Of a stretch of 41,303 nucleotides of DNA, positions 22,282-32,274 are shown piece after piece. Position 1 is the stretch's first letter. The number at the start of each line of letters is the position of its first letter. Source of the DNA: Crenothrix polyspora (GTDB lineage Bacteria > Pseudomonadota > Gammaproteobacteria > Methylococcales > Methylomonadaceae); contig CAMDOP010000001.1 of assembly GCA_945903675.1 (NCBI GenBank), positions 1 through 41,303 of the forward strand. The letters run 5' to 3'. Position numbers and translations under genes: made by a program. The notes beneath the pieces are model-generated. The model did not search any database, was not told the origin of the DNA, and saw only the letters and a program-made list of their open reading frames with translations.

Positions 22282-23385
22282 ATGACAAATCAAACATCAT
22301 CATTAAATTTGCGTTTTTTTTCTGCCTCTTTAAATCGCATACTACCCAATGCACAAGCCGTTTACTTAGCTATTATATTAATCGTTAGCTTTGTACTTAT
22401 TTATACTTTATCCGATTTATTAATGCCCGTTTTTGCCTCTATTGTCTTTGCCTATTTGCTGGAAGGTCTAGTAGGGAAAATAATGAACTTAGGTCTACCT
22501 CGTTTACCTGCTGTGTATTTAGTATTTTCATGCTTCATGACTTGCTTAGGTTTTTTATTATTTTATTTAATGCCTTTGGTTTCACAACAAGCTATTGAAC
22601 TCATTCAAAATATCCCAGAAATCCTTAACCGAACGCAAGCTCTAGTTATGCGTTTACCAGAACTATACCCCAAAATAATTTCTGAAAATAAAATCCAACA
22701 AATGACTGTTGCTATACAACAAGAGTTATTAAATTATGGTCAAAATGTACTTTCATTATCTGCTGCCTCTGTCGTAGGCATTGTCAGTGCAATAATTTAT
22801 TTATTTTTAGTGCCGATGATGGTTTTTTTCTTTTTAAAAGATAAAAAAATATTAATAGACTGGTTTTTACAGTTTATGCCTAAGCAAAGGTATTTGACCG
22901 TGCGAGTATGGGAAGAGGTAGATATACAAATTGGAAATTATGTACGCGGTAAATTTTCTGAGGTATTAATTCTTTGGTTTGTCAGTTTTGTAACTTTTGC
23001 AAGTATGGGCTTAAATTACGCTATGCTATTAGCTGTATTAATGGGCATACAGGTAATCATTCCTTATATAGGCGCTACACTTATTACTTTTCCAGTGCTT
23101 GGAGTCGCTTATTTTCAATGGGGCCTAAGTGGCGATCAATTTATGTACTTAGTCATTGCTTATTCAATTATTCAGGCTTTAGATGGTGTTATTCTGGTAC
23201 CGGTATTGTTTTCTGAAGCTGTCAACTTACATGCTATAGCCATTATTGTAGCTATTTTATTTTTTGGTGGAGTATGGGGGTTTTGGGGAGTTTTCTTTGC
23301 CATTCCCTTAGCAACGGTTGTTAAAGCTGTCCTAACCGCTTGGCCAAGATTGGGTGATACCAATACGGAAATTTCTTCATATTAA
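22282..23385 (+). CDS. AI-2E family transporter (PerM-like)
   Basis: Multi-TM protein; IPYIGA, QALDG..LVP.LFSEAVNLH, GG.WGFWGVFFAIPLA. Confidence 0.9.
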   Translation: MTNQTSSLNLRFFSASLNRILPNAQAVYLAIILIVSFVLIYTLSDLLMPVFASIVFAYLLEGLVGKIMNLGLPRLPAVYLVFSCFMTCLGFLLFYLMPLVSQQAIELIQNIPEILNRTQALVMRLPELYPKIISENKIQQMTVAIQQELLNYGQNVLSLSAASVVGIVSAIIYLFLVPMMVFFFLKDKKILIDWFLQFMPKQRYLTVRVWEEVDIQIGNYVRGKFSEVLILWFVSFVTFASMGLNYAMLLAVLMGIQVIIPYIGATLITFPVLGVAYFQWGLSGDQFMYLVIAYSIIQALDGVILVPVLFSEAVNLHAIAIIVAILFFGGVWGFWGVFFAIPLATVVKAVLTAWPRLGDTNTEISSY

Positions 23386-23670
23386 GTCCAACTCACTTAC
23401 CATATCTCTTTAACTCTTACTTGAGTGTTAGAAAATAAGAATGAATCAATTTGAATTATAAGTTTTCACTAACAGATTATTTTCACTAGACCCTTAATTA
23501 CTTGGAAAGTCTATTTTTGATATAGTCGTGATATGACACCAAAAAATTTTTGGATGTATAAGAGTAATTGACATGGTACTTAGAGCATATACATAGCTTC
23601 AATCGACGTAGTTATTATATTTTGTCATGACTAGCTACATAGGATTTAAAACTCGACCCTTACCACAAAG

Positions 23671-23734
23671 CAAAAAAACCTAACAACATTGCATATAATG
23701 CTACCTCAGCTATTATATGCAATGTTGTTAGGTT
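23671..23734 (-). terminator. Long-stem terminator downstream of ihfB
   Basis: Perfect 23-bp IR AACCTAACAACATTGCATATAAT / ATTATATGCAATGTTGTTAGGTT, followed by a T-run on the minus strand. Confidence 0.75.
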
Positions 23735-23741
23735 GCTTAAA

Positions 23742-24047
23742 TTAATCAGCTATTTCATATTTATCTCTGGCTGCATCTACGCGATCGCGTAATTCTTTGC
23801 CAGGCTTAAAGTGTGGGACATGTTTTTCAGACAAACTCACTGACTCACCTGTTTTTGGATTTCGACCAATTCGAGGAGGTCTTTTATGTAGAGAAAAGCT
23901 ACCAAACCCTCTAATCTCAATTCTTTTACCAGAAGATAATGCTTGATTCATTTTTTCAATCACGCACTTTACAGCAAGCTCTACATCTTTCAATGCTAGA
24001 TAGGGTTGTTTTTTAGCTAGGGATTCGATTAACTCTGATTTTGTCAC
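23742..24047 (-). CDS. ihfB: Integration host factor beta subunit
   Basis: [41 protein letters not shown]; follows rpsA. Confidence 0.96.
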   Translation of the reverse strand: MTKSELIESLAKKQPYLALKDVELAVKCVIEKMNQALSSGKRIEIRGFGSFSLHKRPPRIGRNPKTGESVSLSEKHVPHFKPGKELRDRVDAARDKYEIAD

Positions 24048-24116
24048 ATATTATCCTGTAAAAAAGCAAGAGGCCCTGCTATATAACAGGACCTCTTTAA
24101 TACTTGCTTGCTTAAT

Positions 24117-25778
24117 TTATTTTTCTAACTGCTTAAAGAGATCAGCCATCGTAGGAGTTCCAGCCGATTGCTGAGTATGATCCTTAATGGTATGTGTTTC
24201 TTCGTCTTGGTCTTTTGCTTTAATTGACAACGAAATTGACTTGCTCTTCTTATCTACACCGATAAACTTAGCTTCAAGAACATCACCCTCTTTCAGTAAA
24301 GTACGAGCATCTTCAACGCGATCACGTTGAATTTCTGAGGCACGTAAATAACCCTCAACATTATCAGCCAATAAAATAATTGCGCCTTTGGCGTCAACTT
24401 CTTTAATAGTACCTTTTACCAAACTACCTTTTTCATTAGTTGCTAAAAAGTTTTGGAAAGGGTCTTGTTCCAACTGTTTAATACCTAGCGAGATACGCTC
24501 ACGCTCAGAATCTACTGCTAAAATAACAGTTTCTAATTCATCACCTTTCTTAAACTCACGTACTGATGTTTCGCCGTCATCTGCCCAAGATATATCCGAC
24601 ATATGAACCAGACCATCAATACCACCATCTAATCCGATGAAAATACCGAAATCAGTAATTGATTTTATTTTTCCAGAGATTTTATCGCCTTTGTTATGAG
24701 TTGCGGCAAATTCATCCCATGGATTAGTTTTGCACTGTTTCATACCTAAAGAAATACGACGACGCTCTTCATCAATTTCTATAACCATTACTTCAACGTC
24801 ATCACCTAATTGAACTAACTTAGATGGATTAACATTTTTGTTGGTCCAATCCATTTCAGAAACGTGAACCAAACCTTCAACACCCTCTTCAATTTCAACA
24901 AAACAACCATAGTCGGTTAAATTATTTACTTTACCGAATACACGAGTACCGGCAGGGTATCTACGAGCAATATTTTGCCATGGATCTTCACCCATTTGTT
25001 TCATACCTAAAGAAACACGGTTTTTATCTTTGTCGTATTTCAATACTTTAATTTTAATTTCTTGACCGATTTCAACACATTCAGATGGATGACGTACACG
25101 TCTCCATGCCATATCAGTGATGTGTAATAAACCGTCAATTCCGCCCAAATCAATGAACGCGCCGTAATCAGTAAGATTTTTAACAACACCGGTGACAACT
25201 GCACCCTCTTCCAGTGTTTTCAGTAACTCTTCTCTTTCTGCACTGTATTCTTTTTCTACTACTGCACGACGTGAAAGAACAACATTATTACGTTTTTGAT
25301 CTATTTTAATAACTTTGAATTCAAGATCACGATTTTCTAAGAAAGTCGTATCTCTAATAGGACGAACGTCAACTAAAGAGCCTGGCAAGAAGGCACGCAA
25401 CGCGCCAACCGATACAGTGAAACCTCCGCGAACTTTACCAGTGATTTGACCGATAATAGTGGCTTCTTTTTCAAAAGCAGTTTCAAGTTCGAACCAAGCT
25501 TTGTTTTTCTTCGCTTTATCTCTAGAAAGAAGCGTAGCGCCTAAACCATCTTCGAATAAATCCAAAGCAACTTCAACTTCATCGCCAATTGAAACTTCCA
25601 ATTCACCATTGTTGTTTAAAAATTGCCATTTAGGAATCACGCCTTCTGATTTAGAATGCGTACTGACGATAACCATGTCATTTTCAATATCAATGACTGT
25701 ACCGATCAACATGGCACCAGGACTCATTTTGGTTCTGGTTAAACTTTCTTCTAGTAATGCAGCAAAGCTTTCGCTCAT
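24117..25778 (-). CDS. rpsA: 30S ribosomal protein S1
   Basis: Repeated S1 domains ([17 protein letters not shown] etc.); start MSESFA at 25778. Confidence 0.97.
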   Translation of the reverse strand: MSESFAALLEESLTRTKMSPGAMLIGTVIDIENDMVIVSTHSKSEGVIPKWQFLNNNGELEVSIGDEVEVALDLFEDGLGATLLSRDKAKKNKAWFELETAFEKEATIIGQITGKVRGGFTVSVGALRAFLPGSLVDVRPIRDTTFLENRDLEFKVIKIDQKRNNVVLSRRAVVEKEYSAEREELLKTLEEGAVVTGVVKNLTDYGAFIDLGGIDGLLHITDMAWRRVRHPSECVEIGQEIKIKVLKYDKDKNRVSLGMKQMGEDPWQNIARRYPAGTRVFGKVNNLTDYGCFVEIEEGVEGLVHVSEMDWTNKNVNPSKLVQLGDDVEVMVIEIDEERRRISLGMKQCKTNPWDEFAATHNKGDKISGKIKSITDFGIFIGLDGGIDGLVHMSDISWADDGETSVREFKKGDELETVILAVDSERERISLGIKQLEQDPFQNFLATNEKGSLVKGTIKEVDAKGAIILLADNVEGYLRASEIQRDRVEDARTLLKEGDVLEAKFIGVDKKSKSISLSIKAKDQDEETHTIKDHTQQSAGTPTMADLFKQLEK

Positions 25779-25877
25779 TTTATTATTTCCCAAGTTTGTC
25801 GAAACTCGAACAAACCTTTTCTTTATCAAAGTTAAAAAAAACCACACTTAACAATAGTGCGGCCATACGAAAAATCC

Positions 25878-26534
25878 TTAACGGATTAAATTTAATACCT
25901 CTTCAACGACTGCGTTAATAGTCATATCAGATGAGTCTATATAAAGAGCATCACTCGCCATAGCTAATGGAGCTGTTTCACGTTCCATATCACGACGATC
26001 ACGAACTTCGATCTCACTTTTTATTTTTGCAAGATTAGCATCAATTGCTTTTTCTATCAACTGTTTATATCTTCTTTCCGCTCTTTTTTCTGCACTCGCG
26101 GTTAAGAATACTTTATTTTCGGCATCAGGAAAAACAATCGTACCCATATAACGACCATCAGCAACTAAACCCGGCATCCGCCTGAAATCTTTCTGTTTCT
26201 GTAAAAGAATTGCTCTAACTTCTGGCAGTGAAGCAACTTGAGAAGCTATATTGCCTGTATTTTCTAGTCCTAATTGATCAGTAATATCTTTGTCATTAAG
26301 CTTAACAATTAACGCATCACCACATTCAAACTCTAACACCATAGCTTGTGTTACTTTAACAATTTCACTGATATTAGCCATATCAACCGAAGCATTTTGA
26401 ATAGCTATAGCCACTGACCTATATATTGATCCGCTATCCAAATAATGCCAGCCTAGTTTTTTTGCTACTAAACGACTGATAGTACCCTTTCCAGCTCCAC
26501 TAGGACCATCTATCGTTAAAACAGGTGCTAACAT
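25878..26534 (-). CDS. cmk: Cytidylate kinase
   Basis: IDGPSGAGKGT, LDSG..YR, DGR(Y)MGT, FLTAS, RDRRD..R..APL; ATG overlaps the aroA stop (TGATG). Confidence 0.94.
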   Translation of the reverse strand: MLAPVLTIDGPSGAGKGTISRLVAKKLGWHYLDSGSIYRSVAIAIQNASVDMANISEIVKVTQAMVLEFECGDALIVKLNDKDITDQLGLENTGNIASQVASLPEVRAILLQKQKDFRRMPGLVADGRYMGTIVFPDAENKVFLTASAEKRAERRYKQLIEKAIDANLAKIKSEIEVRDRRDMERETAPLAMASDALYIDSSDMTINAVVEEVLNLIR

Positions 26535-28729
26535 CAAGATTCCTCGCAAACCAAGTCCAAACCTAAGCGATGAACCAAATCTTTAAACTCAGGAAAAGAA
26601 GTATTTACATTGGCACAATCTAAAATTGTAATGGGTGCATCAGCTCGTAATCCAGCAATTGAAAATGCCATAGCAATACGATGGTCACCATGTGACGTTA
26701 CAACACCACCCCCTATAGCGCCACCCTGAATAATCATACCATCTTCAGTTGGCTGAGCATCCACGCCTAGAATTTGTAAACCATCAGCCATAACCTGAAT
26801 TCGATCCGACTCTTTGACTCTCAGCTCTTCAGCACCGCTTAAGCGAGTTTGCCCTTTTGCACAAGCAGCGGCAACAAATAATACCGGGAATTCATCAATA
26901 GCCAAGGGCACTAATGCTTCAGGAATATCGATACCTGTTAAAGGGCTATAGACCACATGTAAATCAGCGACTGGTTCACCACCGACAACGCGCTCATTTA
27001 GCACTTCAATCTTGGCACCCATTAAGCGCAAAATATCAATCACACCTGTACGCGTAGGATTGATACCCACATGCTTAAGTAATAAATCAGAGCCCGGCGC
27101 AATTGATGCGCCTACCAAAAAGAAAGCCGCCGAAGATATGTCACTTGGCACATCAATATCAGCAGCCGTTAATTTACCATCTGCTGTAATCGTAACTTTA
27201 CTGCCTTGTTGTTTAACAGGATATGAGAATCCTGATAACATACGTTCGGTATGATCACGAGTAGGCGCAGGCTCTGTCACGCTCGTTTCACCTTCTGCAT
27301 ACATGCCTGCCAACAACAAACAGGATTTCACCTGTGCGCTAGCCATCGGCATCACATAATCGATACCCTGCAACTGACCTGTTTTACCGGTGATATAAAG
27401 TGGCGCAGTACCATTTTCGGTTGCTTTTATATCAGCACCCATTAATGCTAAAGGCTCAGTAACTCGCTTCATTGGCCTACCCGATAAAGATTTATCACCG
27501 GTTAATACTGAATTAAAAGACTGACCCGCCAATAACCCACTCAATAAGCGCATTGAGGTTCCAGAATTACCAAGATACAACTCATTTTTAGGTGCCTTTA
27601 AACCATGCTTACCAACACCATGAATGGTCAAACAACCATCAACAGGGCCTTCAATTTCAACCCCCATATCGCGAAAAGCTTGTAATGTGGCTAGTGCATC
27701 TTCGGCTTCTAAAAAACCTTTAACATGGGTAACGCCGTCAGCCAATGAACCTAGCATAATAGATCGATGTGACATAGACTTGTCACCTGGCACTCGTGCT
27801 TCACCCTGCAACAATCCGCCTGGCTGAACTTTAAATGTAATTGTTTTAGTCATATTACCTTCAAACTGATTAAGGAAGCGTTGCCTCGCTGTGTTGGCAT
27901 ACGCAAAGATTTCAAAAAGCTGTTGACCATCATCATGTTCCAACAGGCACTGTATTTTATCGAGTTGTAATTTGGTCTGCTCTAGTAACGGGATTATTTC
28001 ATTTTTATTAGCTAAACAAATATCTCGCCACATTGTAGGATCGCTAGAGGCGATACGTGTAAAGTCTCTAAAACCACCCGCCGCATAATTAAAAATCTCA
28101 CTTTGCTCATCTTGATGACCTAGCATATCGACTAAAGCAAATGCCAGCACATGAGGCAAATGACTCGTTGCAGCCAATATCGCATCATGACGATGAACCT
28201 CCATCATGGAAACATCAGAGCCACATTGCTCCCAGAAGCTTTGGATTTTCTGCAGGGCATCTTGGCGAGTATGACTGAGCGGTGAAATAATCAAACGTTT
28301 ATTGACAAATAAATCATCGACCGCCGCCTCAACTCCGCTTTGCTCACCGCCTGCGATAGGATGAGCCAATACAAAATTATTAGGTATTACACCAAAAACT
28401 CGCTGCGCTGCAGCAACGACATTACCCTTAGTACTACCGACATCGGTATAAATCGTATGATCAGACCAAACCGGCTGCAACAATGAAAGTATATTTTCAA
28501 TAGACTCAACGGGAGTTGCAATAACCACACAATCAGCATCTTGCACCGCGACCTCTATGTGCAAAGTGTAATCATCTATTACACCTAAGTGTTTTGCGGT
28601 TTCTAAATTTTGTAAGTCTTGTAAACGACCATAACCCAAGATGTTTTTACTTAATCTTTTTAATCTGGCTGTACGGGCGACAGATCCGCCCATTAAGCCA
28701 ACACCAATAATACAAAGTTTATCGAACAT
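26534..28729 (-). CDS. aroA: Bifunctional prephenate dehydrogenase / EPSP synthase (TyrA-AroA fusion)
   Basis: N-terminal GVGLMGGS, DVGSTK, HPIAG, SHLPH, TRIASS; C-terminal PGDKSMSHR, GNSGT, SAQVKS, RDHTE, KESDR, DHRIAM. Confidence 0.95.
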   Translation of the reverse strand: MFDKLCIIGVGLMGGSVARTARLKRLSKNILGYGRLQDLQNLETAKHLGVIDDYTLHIEVAVQDADCVVIATPVESIENILSLLQPVWSDHTIYTDVGSTKGNVVAAAQRVFGVIPNNFVLAHPIAGGEQSGVEAAVDDLFVNKRLIISPLSHTRQDALQKIQSFWEQCGSDVSMMEVHRHDAILAATSHLPHVLAFALVDMLGHQDEQSEIFNYAAGGFRDFTRIASSDPTMWRDICLANKNEIIPLLEQTKLQLDKIQCLLEHDDGQQLFEIFAYANTARQRFLNQFEGNMTKTITFKVQPGGLLQGEARVPGDKSMSHRSIMLGSLADGVTHVKGFLEAEDALATLQAFRDMGVEIEGPVDGCLTIHGVGKHGLKAPKNELYLGNSGTSMRLLSGLLAGQSFNSVLTGDKSLSGRPMKRVTEPLALMGADIKATENGTAPLYITGKTGQLQGIDYVMPMASAQVKSCLLLAGMYAEGETSVTEPAPTRDHTERMLSGFSYPVKQQGSKVTITADGKLTAADIDVPSDISSAAFFLVGASIAPGSDLLLKHVGINPTRTGVIDILRLMGAKIEVLNERVVGGEPVADLHVVYSPLTGIDIPEALVPLAIDEFPVLFVAAACAKGQTRLSGAEELRVKESDRIQVMADGLQILGVDAQPTEDGMIIQGGAIGGGVVTSHGDHRIAMAFSIAGLRADAPITILDCANVNTSFPEFKDLVHRLGLDLVCEES

Positions 28730-29834
28730 CAGCCAAAATATCAGTTAATGCCTTAAGAAATACCTGATTCTCTATTTTGGTACCTATACTAATCCGCAAA
28801 TGATTAGGCAATTCATATACTCCTACTGGCCTGACAATAACGCCTTTGCGCAGCAGTGCTTCATAAATGGGCAATCCTGCTTGTTTTAAATCTACCAAAA
28901 CAAAATTCCCTGCTGATGTTACCCACTCTAGATTTAAAGCTTTAAAACCATCGACTAATTGCTGCATGCCTTGCGTATTGACGGTAATAGTCTGCTGCAA
29001 ATGCTCATCGTCACTCAATGCAGCTAATGCTGCCACCAACGCTAAACTATTATTATTAAAAGGTTGACGTACACGGTTAAGAATATCGGCCATTTGAGGG
29101 CTAGATAAACCATAACCGATACGCAAGCCAGCTAAACCATAAGCCTTAGAAAAAGTACGCGTGATCAATAAATTAGGATGATCTTTTAACCAAGCGATAG
29201 AATTGATCGCTGTCACATCATTAACAAATTCAAAATAAGCCTCATCCAACACACATACGCAGGTATCAGGTAGAGCATTTAAAAAGAGCGCTAGACTAGC
29301 TTGACTCAGCAATGTCCCGGTTGGGTTATTAGGGTTAGCAATAAATACTACGCGCGTCTTTTCAGTGACCGCCAATAGCATAGCATCCAAATCATGACCA
29401 TAATTTAATGCTGGCACCACAACTGCGTTCGCACCTACGGCTTGTGTAACGATAGGATATACCGCAAAAGCATGTTGCGAAAAAACGGCTTCGTGTTCTG
29501 GCGTTAAAAATGCCCTAGCTACCAGCTCTAATATTTCATTTGAACCATTACCTAAGGTAATCTGGCTATCATCTAGCGCATATTTATCAGCCAAAGCCTG
29601 CTTTAATAAGAAACCACTACCATCAGGATACAATGCTAATTCAGGTAACACAGAAGCAATAGCTTCTAATGCTTTTTTTCCTGGACCAAGGGGATTTTCA
29701 TTAGAAGCTAGCTTGATAATCTGAGTGAGACCCAACTCGCGCTCTAACTCTTCAATCGGCTTACCGGCTTTATAAGGAATCAGGCGTTGCACACCCGCTA
29801 CCGCAAGTGAGTATATTTTATCGAAATTATTCAT
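28719..29834 (-). CDS. hisC: Histidinol-phosphate aminotransferase
   Basis: KLASNENP, NPNNPTG, DEAY, RTFSKAYGLAGLRIG. Confidence 0.94.
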   Translation of the reverse strand: MNNFDKIYSLAVAGVQRLIPYKAGKPIEELERELGLTQIIKLASNENPLGPGKKALEAIASVLPELALYPDGSGFLLKQALADKYALDDSQITLGNGSNEILELVARAFLTPEHEAVFSQHAFAVYPIVTQAVGANAVVVPALNYGHDLDAMLLAVTEKTRVVFIANPNNPTGTLLSQASLALFLNALPDTCVCVLDEAYFEFVNDVTAINSIAWLKDHPNLLITRTFSKAYGLAGLRIGYGLSSPQMADILNRVRQPFNNNSLALVAALAALSDDEHLQQTITVNTQGMQQLVDGFKALNLEWVTSAGNFVLVDLKQAGLPIYEALLRKGVIVRPVGVYELPNHLRISIGTKIENQVFLKALTDILADVR

Positions 29835-29880
29835 GGTTTTAATTAATAGAATTTAATAGTTGTATCGCACTGCCAGCTGC

Positions 29881-30966
29881 TTAGAGCACCGCTTTAGGAT
29901 AAGAACCTAATAACTTAAACATCTTAACATTATCTTTTACGCTACCTAAAGCCTGAGCAATAAGGTTGTCGTCACTATGCCCTTCTACATCAATAAAAAA
30001 CACATAATCCCATAAGCCTTGACGTGAAGGCCTAGATTCAATCTGAACCATACCTATGCCAAATTTTGCGAAGGGCTCAAGAATCTTATGCAAAGCACCC
30101 GGTTGGTTGCCTGTAGAAACGACTAATGAGGTTTTATCATTGCCGGTAGGTGATGATAATTGTTGGCCGATAATAATAAAGCGAGTGGTGTTGTTAGGCT
30201 CATCTTCAATGTTTTTAGCAATAATAGCTAAATTATAAACTTCTGCGGCAACCTTACCTGCAATAGCAGCGCTATGTTTATTATCTAACGCTAAGCGCGC
30301 AGCCTCAGCATTACTATTGACCGCCGTTAACTTAGCGTGCGGAAGATGCTTATCTAACCATTGTCTACACTGGGCTAATGATTGCTGATGAGAATACACT
30401 TCTGCTATTTCTGCGAGATTGGCAGCATGTCCCATCAAATTTTGATGTACTCTGATCTCAACTTCACCGCAGATTTTTAGCGGCGAGTTCAAAAAACGAT
30501 CCAAAGTATGACTAATCACACCTTCAGTAGAGTTCTCAACAGGAACAACACCAAATTGACAGTGTTCAGACTCCACCGCATTAAATATTTCGTTAATAGT
30601 CGCAGCCGGTATCGTTTTAACCGCATGTCCAAAGTGTTTAAAGACAGCTTGCTGAGTAAAAGTGCCTTCAGGACCTAAAAACGCAACATCCATCGGCTTT
30701 TCTAATGCCAAACATGCAGACATCAATTCTCTAAAAAAGCCTGCTGCCGCCACATCAGAGAGCGGCCCTTGATTCAACCCCATAATCCGCCTTAAAACCA
30801 AAGACTCACGATCAGGGCGATAAAAGGTACCTTGCTCGCCTTGAGCCATTTTGGTTTTGGCAACCTCAATGGCACAAGACGCACGCTGATTAATCAACTG
30901 CAATATCTTTTCATCAATTGCATCGATTTTTTCTCTTAATTCAGAAAGTGGGGTCACTGATGGCAT
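29881..30966 (-). CDS. pheA: Chorismate mutase / prephenate dehydratase
   Basis: LREKIDAID, LGPEGTF, PVENSTEG, NTTRF, IESRP. Confidence 0.95.
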   Translation of the reverse strand: MPSVTPLSELREKIDAIDEKILQLINQRASCAIEVAKTKMAQGEQGTFYRPDRESLVLRRIMGLNQGPLSDVAAAGFFRELMSACLALEKPMDVAFLGPEGTFTQQAVFKHFGHAVKTIPAATINEIFNAVESEHCQFGVVPVENSTEGVISHTLDRFLNSPLKICGEVEIRVHQNLMGHAANLAEIAEVYSHQQSLAQCRQWLDKHLPHAKLTAVNSNAEAARLALDNKHSAAIAGKVAAEVYNLAIIAKNIEDEPNNTTRFIIIGQQLSSPTGNDKTSLVVSTGNQPGALHKILEPFAKFGIGMVQIESRPSRQGLWDYVFFIDVEGHSDDNLIAQALGSVKDNVKMFKLLGSYPKAVL

Positions 30967-30995
30967 GGTTGCGGCTCTATATTGGTACGTTTTTA

Positions 30996-32075
30996 TTAAT
31001 GAGTGCGTTCAAATTCAGCCATAAAATCTATCAAAGCTTGTACACCGGCTTCTGACATAGCATTGTAAATACTTGCCCGCATACCGCCCACTGAACGATG
31101 TCCTTTTAATTCAAACAAACCTTGAGCTTCGGCGGCCACCAAAAAGGGCTTATCCAAACTCTCATCAGACAGAATAAACGGCACGTTCATACGTGAACGC
31201 ACAGCTACATCAACTGGATTTGAATACAAGGCTGATTGATCAATTGCTTGATAAAGCTTAGTCGACTTAGCAATATTATGTTGTTCAATCGCTGCAACAC
31301 CACCTTGTGCCTTTAACCACTTAAGCACTAGGCCAACCAAATACCAATTATAGGTTGCCGGCGTATTTAACATCGACTGATTCTTAGCCTGTTCAGCGTA
31401 ATTAAATATCGAAGGTACTGTTTTTCCAGCATGGCCAATCAAGTCATCTCTGACGATCACTACCGTTACACCTGCAGGCCCCATGTTCTTTTGAGTTCCG
31501 GCATAAATCAAACCATACTGACTGACATCAATATGACGCGATAAGATATTCGAAGACATATCCGAAACCAAGGTTAAGCCCTTAGCATCAGGAATATTTT
31601 GAAATTCCACACCATGTATGGTTTCATTAGATGTGTAATGCAAATAAGCTGCTTGCTCATCCAGTTCCCAAGTTGATGCATCAGGAATACTCGTGAATTT
31701 AGTAGCTTCTGCGCTAGCACTGACCAACACATCACAATAACTTTGCGCGTCTTTAACGGCTTTTTCAGACCAAGCACCGGTTTTAATATAACAAGCTTTG
31801 GTTTTACCGTTTAAAAGATTTTGCGGAATAAAGGAGAATTGTGCAGACGCGCCGCCTTGTAAAAACAACACCTTATAATTATCCGGTATCGCCATCAAGC
31901 TGCGTAAATCACTTTCTAACTCTTCAGCAATAATAGAGAAATGCTTGCCTCTATGACTCATTTCCATCACTGACATACCGCTATTACGCCATTCCAACAT
32001 TTCCTGTTGCGCTTGCAATAACACTGACGCTGGGAATGCAGATGGACCGGCACTAAAATTAAATACTCTGGACAT
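30996..32075 (-). CDS. serC: Phosphoserine aminotransferase
   Basis: FNFSAGP, EMSHR, NETIHG, DMSS, QKNMGP, GHRSVGGMRAS. Confidence 0.96.
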   Translation of the reverse strand: MSRVFNFSAGPSAFPASVLLQAQQEMLEWRNSGMSVMEMSHRGKHFSIIAEELESDLRSLMAIPDNYKVLFLQGGASAQFSFIPQNLLNGKTKACYIKTGAWSEKAVKDAQSYCDVLVSASAEATKFTSIPDASTWELDEQAAYLHYTSNETIHGVEFQNIPDAKGLTLVSDMSSNILSRHIDVSQYGLIYAGTQKNMGPAGVTVVIVRDDLIGHAGKTVPSIFNYAEQAKNQSMLNTPATYNWYLVGLVLKWLKAQGGVAAIEQHNIAKSTKLYQAIDQSALYSNPVDVAVRSRMNVPFILSDESLDKPFLVAAEAQGLFELKGHRSVGGMRASIYNAMSEAGVQALIDFMAEFERTH

Positions 32076-32236
32076 AATTTTCTCGTAGTTAAACTTTAAA
32101 ATGGAATTCTAGCAATGAAGCAAAAGGAGCCTGGTATTTTCGCGGGCCATTATAACCTTTGATCGCTCACAAATACGGAAAATCAACTCGCTAAAGTTAG
32201 TGCATCGTAAGCAGATAACTCTAACTACTTGTAACT

Positions 32237-32267
32237 GTTGGGTTACGCTATCGTGAACCCAACCACC
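32237..32267 (-). repeat. Single REP-like palindrome downstream of gyrA
   Basis: Minus strand GTGGTTGGGTTCACGATAGCGTAACCCAAC. Confidence 0.45.
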
Positions 32268-32274
32268 GCTATGA

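Noticed and set aside
26534-28729. TyrA-AroA fusion as a novelty
   Set aside because: Known in several gammaproteobacteria within the same superoperon.
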